From positions 214,706,001 through 214,770,000 of the forward strand of contig OZ024741.1 in NCBI GenBank assembly GCA_964016885.1: 64,000 bases of DNA. Reading direction: 5' to 3'. The position numbers and the translations under genes were made by a program. The DNA comes from Eledone cirrhosa. Its lineage: Eukaryota. This document shows, piece by piece, positions 1-14,937 of the stretch. Each line of letters begins with the position of its first letter. Position 1 is the stretch's first letter. Below the pieces are notes generated by a model, which made no database searches, was not told where the DNA came from, and was given only the letters and a program-made list of their open reading frames with translations.

Positions 1-77
1 TCTACTGACATGGCTATAAAAATGAGGCTTGTTTGCTTAATTGCAAACGAATCGAATGTTATTATTAATATTCGAAA

Positions 78-270
78 GGGCGGTGGATTGGCAGTATCGA
101 TAGAGGGTAGGAAACCATGCTTTGCAGCATAGAGTTACGGCCCTTTATGATCTAAGTTCAAATCCCGCGAAGGTTAACTTTGCCTTTCATCCTTACGGGG
201 TCGATAAAATAAAGTACCAGTAATACACTGGGGTAATTACTGGCCTTGTGCCAAATGTAGAAACAATTAT
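78..270 (+). mobile_element. tRNA-derived SINE (family 1) with 17-bp target-site duplication
   Basis: A-box-like TGGCAGTATCG, B-box GTTCAAATCC, central GCCTTTCATCCTTACGGGGTCGATAAAATAAAGTACCAG; ATTATTAATATTCGAAA at 61-77 and 266-282; about 10 related copies in the window. Confidence 0.9.
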
Positions 271-311
271 TAATATTCGAAAAACTCAGATTACATTTAT
301 ATATATATATA

Positions 312-1671
312 TAGTGAAAGAATGAAGAGTAACATTGTTGGTTGTACAACAAGGGGCTTTATTTCAGGTATTAACAATTGTTTCATTGATCAGGTGAGTC
401 TAGAGACCGCTAATCGCTCGAAGTTGCGTCACTCGATCTCCATTACATTGTTTACCTCTGATCAAATCCTCAGAATACAAAAATATGTCATACATGGCAG
501 GATATATATATAGAAAAATTACAAATATAAAGAAATAAGGATAAGTGAGAGCATATAAGTACAGAATATGATAGTGGTGGTGGTGAGTAAGTGTACGTTT
601 AAGGATTCTGTGGTGGATTTAGTGGTAACATGAAAAGTCATATTCGAAACATACATAGCTACGTGTAGTGACAGATAAAAGAAAAAGCAATAAATTAGAG
701 ATTAATTGGGAGATACTAGTATGAGATCCAAGGGCTAAGGGTGGATGGTGAAGGGAGGTTTGACAAATGTGTGTGGTAAATGTTTTGCTGATTGTCTTGT
801 CTTAATGGGGTTGATGCGGTTTCAGGGAGAGAGGGTGAAAGAGATGTTAAGAGATTTATGATCTAGTGACCAGATGGCCGCTTGACAGCTAATAGCGGTG
901 GGATGGTGTGTATTCCATACGTTAAAATCCAGGTGGTTCAGTTCTAATTTTGGGATTGCTGGTTGGAATCACGGTGGTTTGAAATTTGTGAACTTGGTAG
1001 CTATTTTATGCCTACAGAAAATTAATCTCTAATTTATTGCTTTTTCTTTTTTCTTTTATCTGTCACTACCTCAGACTCTCTAGACGTATCTATGTATGTT
1101 TCGAATATGACTTTTTCATGTTAGCACTAAACCCACCACAGACTTCTTATACGAACACTTACTCACCACCACCACTATCATATTCTGTACTTATATGCTC
1201 TCACTTATCCTTGTTTCTTTATATTTCTAATATTTTTCCATTTTCTTACTTTTTTACTGTCTTTTTACATCTGTAACTTCTCTACCTATTTATTATATAT
1301 TCTTTATTATTGATGTTATTGTTTTGATTATACGCTATTTTTCTATATATATAGCTTGCCTTGAGTGAATTGTTTTTGTAATGGAGATCGAATGAAGTAA
1401 CTTCGAGCGATTAGCGGCCTCTAAACTCACCTGATCAATGAAACAATTGTTAATACTTGAAATAAAGCCCCTTGTTGTACAGCCAACCATGTTACTCTTC
1501 ATTCTTTAACTATTATTACTCCAAGTATAACCTGCAGAGGAATTACGGCGAACTCGCTGCCTAACTATGGAAACATCTTGTTGAGTTAAACAAAGCCGTA
1601 CGTTAAAACTATCCACGACGCAGAGTACTCACAACCTCTAACTGGATTACCTATAACGATAACTTGTTACC

Positions 1672-1675
<4 letters not shown>
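312..1675. mobile_element. Non-autonomous PLE-terminus foldback element (family A) between (TA)n tracts
   Basis: 322-447 is the reverse complement of 1378-1503, and 512-708 of 1020-1237; related copy at 11549-11788. Confidence 0.8.
368..478 (-). ncRNA. Type I hammerhead ribozyme motif with extended helix II
   Basis: Minus strand: gtatt CTGAGGA tttgatcag-(64 nt)-ctgatcaat GAAAC aatt GTT aatac; helices I, II and III all pair. Confidence 0.8.
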
Positions 1676-1755
<80 letters not shown>

Positions 1756-2035
1756 AGAATGGGGTGCTGCGTGGTTGCACATGGGTTACATATGAATAAA
1801 ATTAGCCCTTCATCAGTGATTTTCTAACTTTGATTGGTATTTCATCGTTTTAAAAATCATATATCTCTAGTTGGTTCGAGCAATAGCTAAATAAACCTAT
1901 TGGCACAAGTAATATAGAGTGAAGCGAGCGAATTAGGGCCTATTATTTTAATGAAAATATTGTATTGTTACTATTTATTACTTTTATTAATTTTATTGTT
2001 ATACATACTTGATGTCTCTCTCTCAATATATATAA

Positions 2036-2110
<75 letters not shown>

Positions 2111-2112
<2 letters not shown>

Positions 2113-2270
2113 AACAAGTAAGACCCCGACGGCTGAGCTCAAGCCGTTTCGACGGCTAATTCTGACAGAATTAGCCGTCTTACTTGTTCCTATTACCCAC
2201 TCTACTACCCTAAGTATTGAGTACTTTGGTGCGTTATGGTCCACCTGGTTCCTTACCACATTTTCTTCGT

Positions 2271-2271
<1 letters not shown>
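2111..2271. mobile_element. Miniature foldback derivative of the PLE at 8260-11533 (family B)
   Basis: Left part matches 8260-8310, right part matches 11450-11531; GGAACAAGTAAGAC...GTCTTACTTGTTCC inverted; flanked by (TA)n. Confidence 0.8.
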
Positions 2272-2308
<37 letters not shown>

Positions 2309-2599
2309 AATGTGTGTGTGTGTATCCAGTTACTGGGGTATTCATATATACACACACGTGTGTGTGTGTTTATCCCTACCCCAGTGTTAAAAATTAAACA
2401 CATCACCGTTTTTCGTATCGTTTATTTTTTTTAAATATTTTTATTTTTATTTATGTCAGTCGGGTCATTGTTCCCACAATGCATCTCGTCCTTCAAGTCT
2501 CATATCTCCTCTTCCCACCTCTACTTCCTTAACTCTCTTTCTCTCTCTCTCTCACTCTGTCTCTCACTCTCTCACTCTTTCTCTCCCTCCTTTGTTCAA

Positions 2600-3960
2600 A
2601 ACATCCCTTTTACTCTTTCACTCTCACCTTCACCCCTCTCTCCTTCTTACTCTTTCACTCTCACCTTCACCCCTCTCCCCTTCTTACTCTTTCACTCACA
2701 CCTTCACCTCCTCTCTCCTTCTTACTCTTTCACTCTCACCTTCTTACTCTTTCACTCTCACCTTCACCCCCTCTCCTTCTTACTATTTCACTCTCACCTT
2801 GACTCCCTCTCTCCTTCTTACTCTTTCACTCTCACCTTCACCCCTCTCTCTCCTTCTTATTCTTTCACTCTCACCTTCACCCCTCTCTCCTTCTTACTAT
2901 TTCTCTCTCACCTTGACCCCCTCTCTCCTTCTTACTCTTTCACTCTCACCTTCACCCCTCTCTCCTTCTTACTCTTTCACTCTTAACTTCACCCACTCTC
3001 TCTTTCTTACTCTTTCACTCTCACCTTCACCCCCTCTCCGCTTCTTACTCTTTCACTCTCACCTTCACCCCCTCTCCGCTTTTTACTCTTTCACTCTCAC
3101 CTTCACCCATCTCTCCTTCTTACTCTTTCACTCTCACATTCACCCCTCTCTCCTTCTTACTATTTCACTCTCACCTTCACCCCCTCTCTCCTTCTTACTA
3201 TTTCACTCTCACCTTCACTCCCTCTCTCCTTGTTACTCTTTCACTCTCAACTTCACCCTCTCTCTTTCAATTTCTCCTATCTATTCCTTCTTTTTCACTC
3301 TCACTTCCTACTCTCTCTTTCTTCTTACTCTTTCACTCTCACATCCCCCACTCTTCTTTGTTACTTCTCATTCCCTTCCCCGCCTCTTCCCCTCTCTTTT
3401 CGTCTTTCTGCCCATCTCTCTCACAAAACTGCCTCTCTCTATCTTGCTTACCTCTCTGTATCTCAATTTCATCTTTCCCTTTTACTTTCTTACTCATCTC
3501 CCCCCCTCTTTCCTTACTCTCTTTCCCATCTCCGCCTCTCTCTTTACTCACTTTCTCATCTCCCCCCTCTCTCCTTACTCTCTTTCCCATCTCCGCCTCT
3601 CTTTTTACTCACTTTCTCATCTCCCCTCTCTCTCCTTACTCTCTTTCCCATCTCCGCCTCTCTCTTTACTCACTTTCTCATCTCCCCTCTCCCTCTCTCC
3701 ACCTTACTCTCTTTCCAATCTCCCCCCTCTCTCCTTACTCCCTTTCTCATCTCACACTCCCCTTATCTCCTCCTCACACGCTTTCCTATCTCCCCTTCTC
3801 TATTTCCTTACTCTCTTTCCCATCTCCCCATCTCCCTTTCCTCCTTTCTCTCTTTCTCATCTTACCCTCCCTCCCTCTCTCTGCTTACTATCATTCTCAT
3901 CGCCCCCTCCTTACTCTCAATCTCCCCTCCCCCTCTGTCACCTTTTTCATTTCCTTTCTC
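2600..3960. repeat. Pyrimidine-rich minisatellite (about 37-bp unit, then a longer unit)
   Basis: Repeated CACTCTCACCTTCACCCCTCTCTCCTTCTTACTCTTT. Confidence 0.9.
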
Positions 3961-4244
3961 ACCTCCTTTTCAAATTGCTACCAGCAATCTCTACACTGTA
4001 ATAGACGCCATTTAATATCAATTACAGTGAATGTTCAATCCGAATGTATACATAATTACAGAGTACTTTAGTGACATACGTTAGACACCCACCCCATTAC
4101 CACAACCGCCTCACACCACACCATCACCGAAGCCCCTCACCGAAGCCCCTCACTCAAGCCCAAGATCTCAGCGCCCATATACCTACCACACCAGATCCAT
4201 ATGTCATTATGTGTACATTTCGTCATGCTTATACGTGTGCGTAT

Positions 4245-4327
<83 letters not shown>

Positions 4328-4762
4328 TAATAGCCGTCGAAACGGCTTGAACTGTACCGTCGGGGTCATGCACTTTCTTATATATATAGGGACGTTTGAG
4401 AAAAGTAATTGTATTTTGTCCATTTTCTTGTCTCTCTCTATGTTTTTACACAGTCCATTTACTTAGAATCCAAGCTTTCAATTTTATTCGTTAATTCTAT
4501 CAGACCCTCAAAAACAATCTTCTTGTATTTAAACTCTGATTACTGTTATACGTTCGTTTAATAACCTTCTCGTATTTAAACACTGATTACTGTTATACGT
4601 CAGTTTATATGTTTAGATTTTAAAAAATAATCTTCTAGTTTGTATGGCCTTTATAACATATGTTTATTGCTCTGTTGTCTTTTGGTCCATGGAGCGCTTG
4701 CCAACACAAATCGGAAATTGCGTTCCGCTTATTTCTACCCGCCGAAATACGATTCTCGCTGA

Positions 4763-4807
<45 letters not shown>

Positions 4808-4810
<3 letters not shown>

Positions 4811-5046
4811 AAGGAATATTTCTGAGCCGTGTAATACAAATGAATATATGATAGGGATAAACACTGATACAAGTATACATGTGTATTGCCAATATAGGTT
4901 TGTTTTTATTGATTTATTATTTTAAATCGAGACAGGCAAACCGTATTATTTTAATTAGTATTTTTCAATCTAGCTAACTTGGTCATTTGCTATACGAACA
5001 CATGTATACTTGTATCAGTGTTTATCCCTATCATATATTCATTTGC
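4808..5046. mobile_element. Foldback element (family C)
   Basis: CAAATGAATATATGATAGGGATAAACACTGATACAAGTATACA inverted at both ends; matches 6559-7300. Confidence 0.75.
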
Positions 5047-5061
5047 ATATATATATATATA

Positions 5062-5166
5062 TAACGAAGGAAATGTGGTAAGGAACCAGATGGACCATAA
5101 CGCACCAAAGTACTCAATACGTAGGGTAGTATTGAGTAGTCTGCCGTCGGGGGTCATATTGTTGCT
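5062..5166. mobile_element. Miniature family B foldback element, opposite orientation
   Basis: Reverse complement of the family B long end joined to GCCGTCGGGGGTCAT short end; a further fragment lies at 4328-4379. Confidence 0.75.
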
Positions 5167-5271
5167 ATATATATATATTTATATCTTTTTCTTCACCCAT
5201 TCCTAGTGGTCAGAAGAAACTGTCTCCAATTGATTCGTTTGAATCCTCATGCGAGCCAGGCCTATTGGATG

Positions 5272-5325
<54 letters not shown>

Positions 5326-5636
5326 CGTTGTAACAAAAACTCCCGCCGTTTTTATAAAACTTCTTAATAAATAGAACGGTGGGAATCTATGTTACAAACC
5401 AATATATATGTGTGTGTGTGGTATGTGTATGTGTGTTTGTGTGTGTGTTTGCAACAGTCGTACAGCTGACTTCTTTTAACTATACATATTTTTTTGTTTT
5501 ATTTTCAACTCCGTTACTTCTATGCTAAGACGAGATTCGTACGATTTCATTGAGATTTAATTTAGTCGTTCTTTGAAGAATTTACGTCGGTCATTAAAAA
5601 AAAATGAGAAAGAGGTTTTTCTTTGAATTATTTCGA

Positions 5637-5811
5637 GGGCAGTGGATTGGCAGTATCGGTAGAGGGTCTGACGCCATGCTTTGCAGAAAAAGAGTTACGG
5701 CCCTTTATGATCTGAGTTCAAATCCCGCCGAGCTTAACTTTGCCTTTCATCCTTACGGGGTCGATAAAATGAAATACCAGTAATACTTGTGTCAAAAGTA
5801 GAAACAATTAT
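5637..5811 (+). mobile_element. SINE family 1 copy
   Basis: Same A/B boxes and central domain as 78-270. Confidence 0.88.
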
Positions 5812-5949
5812 TTCCAGGGATTGAATTATTTCCAGTGTGTGTATGTTTATATATAGTTGCAGTGTAGGCACCAATCCTGGAACGAATGTCCATGGGTTTT
5901 GAACATAGAAAGTTCTCCGAGGTACGAGCCAGGGCAAGATGTAATTGTG

Positions 5950-6184
5950 GAAGACCAGCAGTCGCCCATACATGCCCATCTCCTATCTCCTTGCCACCGA
6001 TGTTGTCTAAGGGAAAGACAATCGCCGATACTGGTTGGTACCAATGACGTGGTAACTCATGTCTACAGATGAGTGAACTGGAACAACGGGAAATAAAGTG
6101 TTTTGCTCATGAACACAACCCACATCCCGGTCCGGGATTCGAAATCGCAACCTTACGATTGTGAGCTCAACGCTCTAACCACTA
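5950..6184 (-). mobile_element. Second tRNA-derived SINE (CORE-SINE-like)
   Basis: Minus strand TAGTGGTTAGAGCG...TTCGAATCCC followed by GTGTTCATGAGCAAAACACTT...CAGTTCACTCATCTGTA, resembling the CORE domain. Confidence 0.7.
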
Positions 6185-6259
6185 TATATGTATATATGTA
6201 TGTAGGGGTGTGAATGAGCGAGAGTCTGTGTAGTCATGTCATTGTGCTTAGTGTATATG

Positions 6260-6313
<54 letters not shown>

Positions 6314-6502
6314 TATATATATATATGCCCATATATATATATATATGCCCATATATATATATATGTGTGCATGTATGTATATATATACATACTACTGTAC
6401 GTCTGTATACATATATGTATGTACGTATACGTACATACATACTTGCATTTAAGTAAGTGCCGTACTAAGAGTGAAAAATGAAATTTCGTTTCATTCTATT
6501 CC

Positions 6503-6558
<56 letters not shown>

Positions 6559-6561
<3 letters not shown>

Positions 6562-7300
6562 AATGAATATATGATAGGGATAAACACTGATACAAGTATA
6601 CAAGTTTTTGCATTGCAAATGACCAAGTTAGCTAGATTGAAAAATACTAATTAAAATAATACGGTTTGCCTGTCTCGATTTAAAATAATAAATCAATAAA
6701 AACAAATCTATATTGGCAATAGCCGTGATACCTGGACAAATTTAAATTTTAAACTTTAAATTTGTTTCGCAACAATTAAGTGAAATTTCCTATTCCTGTG
6801 CTCTTCTGCAGGTATCCAGAAATTGGTAAGTTTCACTTCAAAATACTTAGGAAGACTGAGATAAATGTGTTGTTGAACGCACATGTGACCCAGCGTCTAG
6901 CACGTCCTATACTCGTGCCACTAAAAATAGCAGCCGGTTTTATGGAACTAAAAATTAGCTCAACGCATGGAGCCGAGAATTGAAAAATACTAATTAAAAT
7001 AATAATTCACTTAATTGTTGCGAAACAAATTTAAAGTTTAAAATTTAAATTTGTCCAGGTATCACGGCTATTGCCAATATAGGTTTGTTTTTATTGATTT
7101 ATTATTTTAAATCGAGACAGGCAAACCGTATTATTTTAATTAGTATTTTTCAATCTAGCTAACTTGGTCATTTGCAATGCAAACACTTGTATACTTGTAT
7201 CAGTGTTTATCCCTATCATATATTCATTTGTATTACACGGCTCAGAAATATCCCTTTCTTTGAGCTATTTAATTGTAAAAGACTATTTGAGTTTATAACT
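6559..7300. mobile_element. Foldback element (family C, long copy)
   Basis: 6559-6785 is the reverse complement of about 7005-7232; right arm continues about 70 nt further; related end at 38195-38345. Confidence 0.8.
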
Positions 7301-7301
7301 C

Positions 7302-7348
<47 letters not shown>

Positions 7349-7399
7349 ATGCTTCTCGCTACGACAATTTCTATACTTTTCATTTATATATATATATAT

Positions 7400-7565
7400 G
7401 TAGGTAAAAGGTAAACAGAAATAACAAGACAATCGGTACAGTATATGGAAAGGATATATTAGGTTACCGCTTGATATAGCAGGAAGAGTGTCTTAAGGTT
7501 TCGGACGCTAGTGCTTCATCAGAAGAAAAATGAGAAATAAAATTGATTGAGGGGACGCGCGGGTT
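7400..7565 (-). mobile_element. PLE-terminus fragment (family D) with minimal hammerhead at 7491-7526
   Basis: Minus strand CTGATGAagcactagcgtccGAAAC; related copies at 30728-30890 (core CGGATGA) and 34506-34590. Confidence 0.7.
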
Positions 7566-7674
7566 GGAATTGAAAAAAATGTCTTTAGATAATAATAACG
7601 GGTCCATTCCTGTTGACATCGCTTGTAAAACTACTGGTGCTGGCGTTTTGTGTATGATTTATTTTTTATATATA

Positions 7675-7961
7675 TAATGTGGTGTTGGATGCTTAAAGCG
7701 TCTGTATGCGGTAGGCCGTATGAGCACTCTCTGCCCTCATAGAGCAGAGTATGATATCACAGAAACAAGAGAATCAGTGTTGCGACGAAAGGAATATGAA
7801 TATCTGCTTCGTAGAATCGACACGTATCCGAGGACCGCGCGATATCAGAGTCAGGTTTGATCACCAAATCGATCGTGCCTCGAGCTGGTCACCCGAGAAT
7901 CAATTGTGATATGTCCAATAAATTCCTTTCGTCGCAACACTGATTCTCTTTTTTCTGTGAT
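7675..7961. mobile_element. Foldback element (family F, related to G)
   Basis: ATATCACAGAAACAAGAGAATCAGTGTTGCGACGAAAGGAAT inverted at 7922-7963. Confidence 0.7.
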
Positions 7962-7983
7962 ATATATATATATATATATATAT

Positions 7984-8227
7984 AAGGAAAAGAAATCGAA
8001 AATGCAACTGGAGTCTTTTTAAGAATATTTATTTGTTTGAGATGAGAGAAAAACCACAAACCCTCCATCTCAATTCTACTTTTGAAAAGCATAAGAACAG
8101 TAAAACCGGTAAAGGAAACAAATAAATATTCTTAAAAAGACTCCAATTGCATTTTCGATTTCTATTCCTTATACTTTCACTCGTGTAGGACATCTCGGTT
8201 TTTTTTTCATTAAAAAAAAATCATTTT

Positions 8228-8230
<3 letters not shown>
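7984..8230. mobile_element. Foldback element (family I)
   Basis: 7984-8038 is the reverse complement of about 8115-8171; right arm continues about 60 nt to (TA)n. Confidence 0.7.
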
Positions 8231-8261
<31 letters not shown>

Positions 8262-8273
8262 AAAACGTATGAC

Positions 8274-8367
8274 CCCCGACGGCAGAGCTCAAGCCGTTTC
8301 GACGGCTATTTCTGGAGTAAATTAGAATGTTTAGCCTGGTAAATAAATAGCCGAACTTGTCAAGGTG
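8274..8367 (-). ncRNA. Hammerhead motif, U3-A8 core variant
   Basis: cacc TTGACAA gttcggctattt...aaatagccgtc GAAA cggc ttgagctct gccg TC gggg. Confidence 0.7.
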
Positions 8368-9272
8368 TACTTCCTTATATGGGAAGATTGTAGTTGTCAA
8401 GAGGATTGGTCAAAATGTGTTGTAAACACAAATAAATCTATCATGGCAATTGGTGGGAGGTAGGGGTGACTGAACTTGCCTGTAGAACAATAAGGGAGTG
8501 AGTGGAGCCGGTCAAGCGTTGAAAATGAAATCTATACAGCAGATTTTAAGGATAGTGTATGAAAAGTCGAAAAATTGTTCTGGAGAAAATGGAGGAGGGG
8601 AGTTTATAGAATAGGTAAGTCAATTGAGAGTAGGAGACAATAAAAAAAAAATATATAAAATTAGATAGTGAGAAATATATAAATAAACAAAAACAGTAGA
8701 GTCTAGAAACAGCTGTATAATTAGTAGGTGTTGCTTGTACAGCTAAAGCTATAGAAAAGGTTAATAAGATGAGAATGGAAAATACTAAATAAGAAATTGT
8801 AGAAGTGGGTAGTGAAAAAATATAAAACTTTTCAGGGGTCTAACACAGCTGCTATAAATAGTTAGTAAAGCGTAATCCGCCAATGCTATCTTACAATTAC
8901 AGGTTAATCGGTTGAGAATAGAAAATACTAAATAAGAAATTTTGAAATTGTAGAATTGGAGTAGTAACAAAAAAGATACAAAATTACAGGGGTCTAACAC
9001 ATCTGCTATAAATAGTTAGAAAAGCGTATTCGGCCAATTCTATCTTTAAATTACAGGGGTGGCGGTACTGAGGCTACAGAGGCCCGATGGGCTGCATCGG
9101 GGTAGACGAAAGGAGAAAAACAGACGAGGAAGAAGATCGGGGGTGGAAGGAAGTGATAAGATGAGACGGGGGGGGGAGAAGAAAACATAGAGGGAAAGAA
9201 AAGAGGTACATCTACCTATGTAAGCTAGAGTTTCCCCTAACTTATTCGCAAGTGGGGGGTATCAGCCATTGT

Positions 9273-11400
9273 CTACCCTCCTGGGTCATTATGGGGTTTG
9301 AGGACGAGGTAAGTCCTACGCAATCTGTGTTTGCATGCGGTTACCAGTTCGTCTTTCTTGTTTAGGAGTTGGTCCTTCGAAAACAGCATTTGTAATGTTT
9401 CCTCCGAGCATAAGTTACACGTGTAAGAGTTAGCTCTGGACAGTAAGCTCCAAGTGAGATTGTAGGTCATATTATTATCTTTGAGGTCCCAGATGTGGCC
9501 CGAAAGTGTAGTGGAATGTCGCCGGACCGAGTTTCGGAAAGTATGTCGGTGTTGGTAGAGCCGGGTCTTGAAGTCACAAGCGGTTAATCCTATATAAGGT
9601 TTGATAGCGGTGTCCGTCCTCGCGTTGCACTGGTAGATCACGTTACGTTCTCGGCATCTGTTGTTGAGGGGGCACGTAGATCTATCAGGGCAGTTACACT
9701 TCCTGGTCGGCTCTCCACTGATGTCTAGGTTGTTTCTTCCATAGAGGTTGAGTTTTTTGTTGTTTGAGGAGACTATGTTTTGTGCGAAGTTAGGTGTGGT
9801 GCTGTAGGAGAGTTTGATGGCGTTTTTGTTGATTATGTCGTGGTAGTGGTGTTGTAGTGGGAAGTGTTTTTCGAGGAGCCTAAAGAAAATTTTCCCGATA
9901 GGTGTTGCCACCTCGGCATTGTGGGGAGGATTGAAACACGCTACGTTGCGTGAGCGGCGGTGTCGCCTGCTGGTTACGCTAAGGGAAGCTGGATAAAAGG
10001 ATATTTCCTCCTGGAAGCCACTCCGCTTGAGGGCCTGGTTGTAATGAGACGCATGTTCGTCGAATATCTGCTCACTAGCGGACAAATGAGATGTGCGGAG
10101 GGAGATGTTTTTAATCAGGTTATTGGTGATGTTTCTAGGATGGTTAGAGCGGCGGTGGATGTAGTGCAGGTTGTCGTTTGGTTTCCTGTATGGGTAGTAC
10201 AGATCATTTTCGAGGTTAAGGGTAACGTCCAGGAAATTTACTCGGGTTAGGGACGTTTGTAGGGTGATTTTAAATCCCCAGTCCCGGAAGAAGTTGATTA
10301 GTTGTTTACGGACCCGGTCTGTACTACTGGGATTGTACCCTTTGATGGTGAGGAGCCCATCATCTCGGTACAATCCACCGCCGAATGCAGGAAACATTTC
10401 GGTGAGTTTAAATAGTAGGAATAATCCTATAAGATCTGTGACCTCGGCCGAATCCGTCGCGCCCATACTGACGTCGAAGGGGGAGTCGGGAGCTCTCTTT
10501 ATCCACTTGGAGTTGTTGAAAAGTAGGACTGCCTTCCTGGCGTGGAGAATGATATTTCTTTCCTAGTCAGTGATGGGTGTGAGGGTAAGGTAATAGATGC
10601 ATAGTAACTCTGTATGTCAAGCTGGATGAATTTTGTGTCTCGTTTGTCCTCAATATTCCTGAACCATGAGATTACTTCCTGGGTGCTGACCCATAGGCTA
10701 AGTCTCGCGTTTGGCTTAACTTTTGGTATAACGCGGTTTAGGATTTTTTTTACTGATTCTCCCTACGCCCGACATCGTTGGGTTTATAAGCCTGATGGAT
10801 GGTTTGCGATCGAAGTCGGATTTTTGGTCCTTCAGTGTGAAGTAGGGAGTCCGTGGGTCTAGGGGTTCAGTGCGGTCGGCGACCCCGAGGCTGGAGGTAA
10901 GTTGTTGTCCATCTCGATTTATGTCCTCGATAATTGAATGGTTAGCTTTTTTATAGGTGGAGTTTAGGCTGTTCCTGATCAGTGTGTGGTGTCTGTCAGG
11001 GTTGACGAAGTAGAGGTTTCCAGTTTTGTCCGAGTGCACCCTGATGTTGGTGTTTTCATGCTCTGTTATTTTGCTACGGAGTTTTTGTAGGAATCTGTTG
11101 TGTCTGGGTTTGAATTTAATGCTCTTGACAAGGTGCAAAAGGTCGTTCTCGAAGGGTGAGAGCATAGGGTTTGGAGGGGGAGATTTGTAGATATTGAATC
11201 CGAATCTCTCCTTGGTGTCGAAGTCCTGATTGTCGCGGGATCTATCGTAGAAAAAAGTTCTCCATCTTAGTCCTTTCACAAAAAGGTCGATTTTTTTGCG
11301 TGAGGTAAAGTTTTCTCGGTGGAACTGGGATGTTATTGGTGGAGAATTCGATGTTGTGCTTTCGCATGGTGCGGGTGAAGTAATTTGAGCTGGGTGGAAA
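9273..11400 (-). pseudogene. PLE reverse transcriptase plus GIY-YIG endonuclease, interrupted by stops and frameshifts
   Basis: ORFs 10716-11519 (LRWRTFF, SDKTGNLY, RLINP) and 9273-10466 (MGATDSAEV, GLYRDDGL, NFLDVTLNL, CNC..CPL..C..VIY..YIGLT..FKTR..H). Confidence 0.92.
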
Positions 11401-11548
11401 AGTCGGGATATAGTCATGATAGATTTATTTGTCGGGGTGATACTTTTTCCTATTACCCACTCTACTACTCTAAGTATTGAGTACTCTGGTGCGTTATGGT
11501 CCATCTGGTTCCTTAACACAATTTCTTCGTTATATATATATATATAAA

Positions 11549-11788
11549 TAAAGAAGAGTAACAGGGTTGGCTGTACAATAGGGGCTTTATTTAAAGTACT
11601 GACAATTGTTTCGTTGATCGGGTGTGTCTAGATTTCGCTAATCGCTTGAGGTTGCATCAATCGACTCCAATACATTGTTTACCACTAGTCAACACATCAG
11701 TGCACGTTTTAAAACCATCCACGACGCGGAGTACTCTAACCGGATTACCTCTAACTGGATTACCTATAACGATAACTTGTTATCCCAT
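11549..11788. mobile_element. Family A foldback copy with degenerate hammerhead (minus strand, about 11597-11705)
   Basis: Left part matches 322-473, right part matches 1600-1675. Confidence 0.75.
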
Positions 11789-11823
11789 ATATATATATAT
11801 ATGTGTGTGTGTATATATATATA

Positions 11824-11935
<112 letters not shown>

Positions 11936-11936
11936 T

Positions 11937-11981
<45 letters not shown>

Positions 11982-12042
11982 ATTTTCTCTTTAATCGGAC
12001 CTTTTCTGTTTCTCCTTTATAGATACTGTTTTTATTTTGTAC

Positions 12043-12074
12043 TCCTGAAGAAGGGCTTAAGCCCGACACGTCGA
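12043..12074 (+). ncRNA. Minimal hammerhead motif, GAAA mutated to GACA
   Basis: tc CTGAAGA agggc ttaa gccc GACAC GTC ga. Confidence 0.55.
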
Positions 12075-12409
12075 ACATTCTTTCCTCTTTCAAATACAAA
12101 GCGTGAAATTAATAAGACTTTTTATTATAAATCTAAGTTGTAGACGCAGAATAGCATATATGTATATATAGCGAGAGGGGGGGGGGGGGAGTAAGGGTCG
12201 GTTTCTAACCCAGTAACAGGGTCCTTTCATTGGCATTTAGACAACAACAACCAGGTAAAATTATATGTCTGTGTGTCTTTACCTATGTGTGTAAGTGCTT
12301 GTGTAAGTATATATATATATATGTATGTGTATGTATGCATGTATGCATGTATCTGTGTATGTATATATGTGTGTATGTATCTATGCACGCATGCGAGTAT
12401 ATATATATA

Positions 12410-13954
<1,545 letters not shown>

Positions 13955-14022
13955 TATATTCATACATATATATACACGTATGTATATATATACATGTATA
14001 AATTTATATATATATATGTATA

Positions 14023-14144
<122 letters not shown>

Positions 14145-14279
14145 TTAGCACCCTAAACGTATAATTGGGATTATACTTAGGTATTTCCTAATGTTTGTTG
14201 AGTGAGATGGAAGTTAGTCGGAGTATATATATATATACATATATTATATATATATATATATAATATATAATATATATAT

Positions 14280-14439
<160 letters not shown>

Positions 14440-14652
14440 AAATAACGAAACGAAATTAAATTTCGTTTCGCTTCTAACTCACTTTTGTATGACTGACGCT
14501 TAAACAATTAAGTTAAAAGTGTCCAGTGAAAAACTCAGTACATGTACATATGTATACATGTGTATACATATGTACATATGTATACATGTGTGTATTTATA
14601 TGCATACTAGTATTTCAGTATACATATGTAGATGTACACTTTTAACTTAATT

Positions 14653-14730
<78 letters not shown>

Positions 14731-14898
14731 ACATACCAAAAATTATCCGGGAAAGACTGCCCTAACACCGGCCAAAGTTACCTCCCTTGACCTGCTGCAA
14801 AATCAAAACAAGATATTTTTGCGAACAATGAATCTTGATGTCGATTTAACCCCCAAATCTCTTTCCAAACTATATAAGGAACACTTGTGACTGTTTAT

Positions 14899-14937
14899 GC
14901 CCTTGAGAAGCCCAACTGGGCGAAACGTACGTAGGTG
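14899..14937 (+). ncRNA. Minimal hammerhead, U3-A8 variant, within PLE 3' remnant 14726-15165
   Basis: gccc TTGAGAA gccca ac tgggc GAAAC gtac GTA ggtg. Confidence 0.75.

Larger units (their letters stand above)
8260..11533 (-). mobile_element. Penelope-like retroelement with inverted terminal pLTR fragment, inserted in (TA)n
   Basis: RT and GIY-YIG ORF pieces, hammerhead-bearing 3' terminus at 8260-8445, inverted terminus pieces at 11417-11531. Confidence 0.9.

Noticed and set aside
78-270. tRNA gene
   Set aside because: A and B boxes only, no cloverleaf; has SINE body and TSD
2453-4071. Long Leu/Ser/Pro-rich ORFs up to 469 aa
   Set aside because: Pyrimidine minisatellite lacking stop codons in all frames
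4950-5010. Hammerhead in family C (GAAACACATGTA)
   Set aside because: No CUGANGA or UUGANAA strand with matching helices found; likewise for family I and weak motifs at about 31855 and 56417
11400-11519. N-terminus of ORF 10716-11519 shared with ORF 2023-2406
   Set aside because: Antisense translation of the inverted pLTR end, not a conserved peptide
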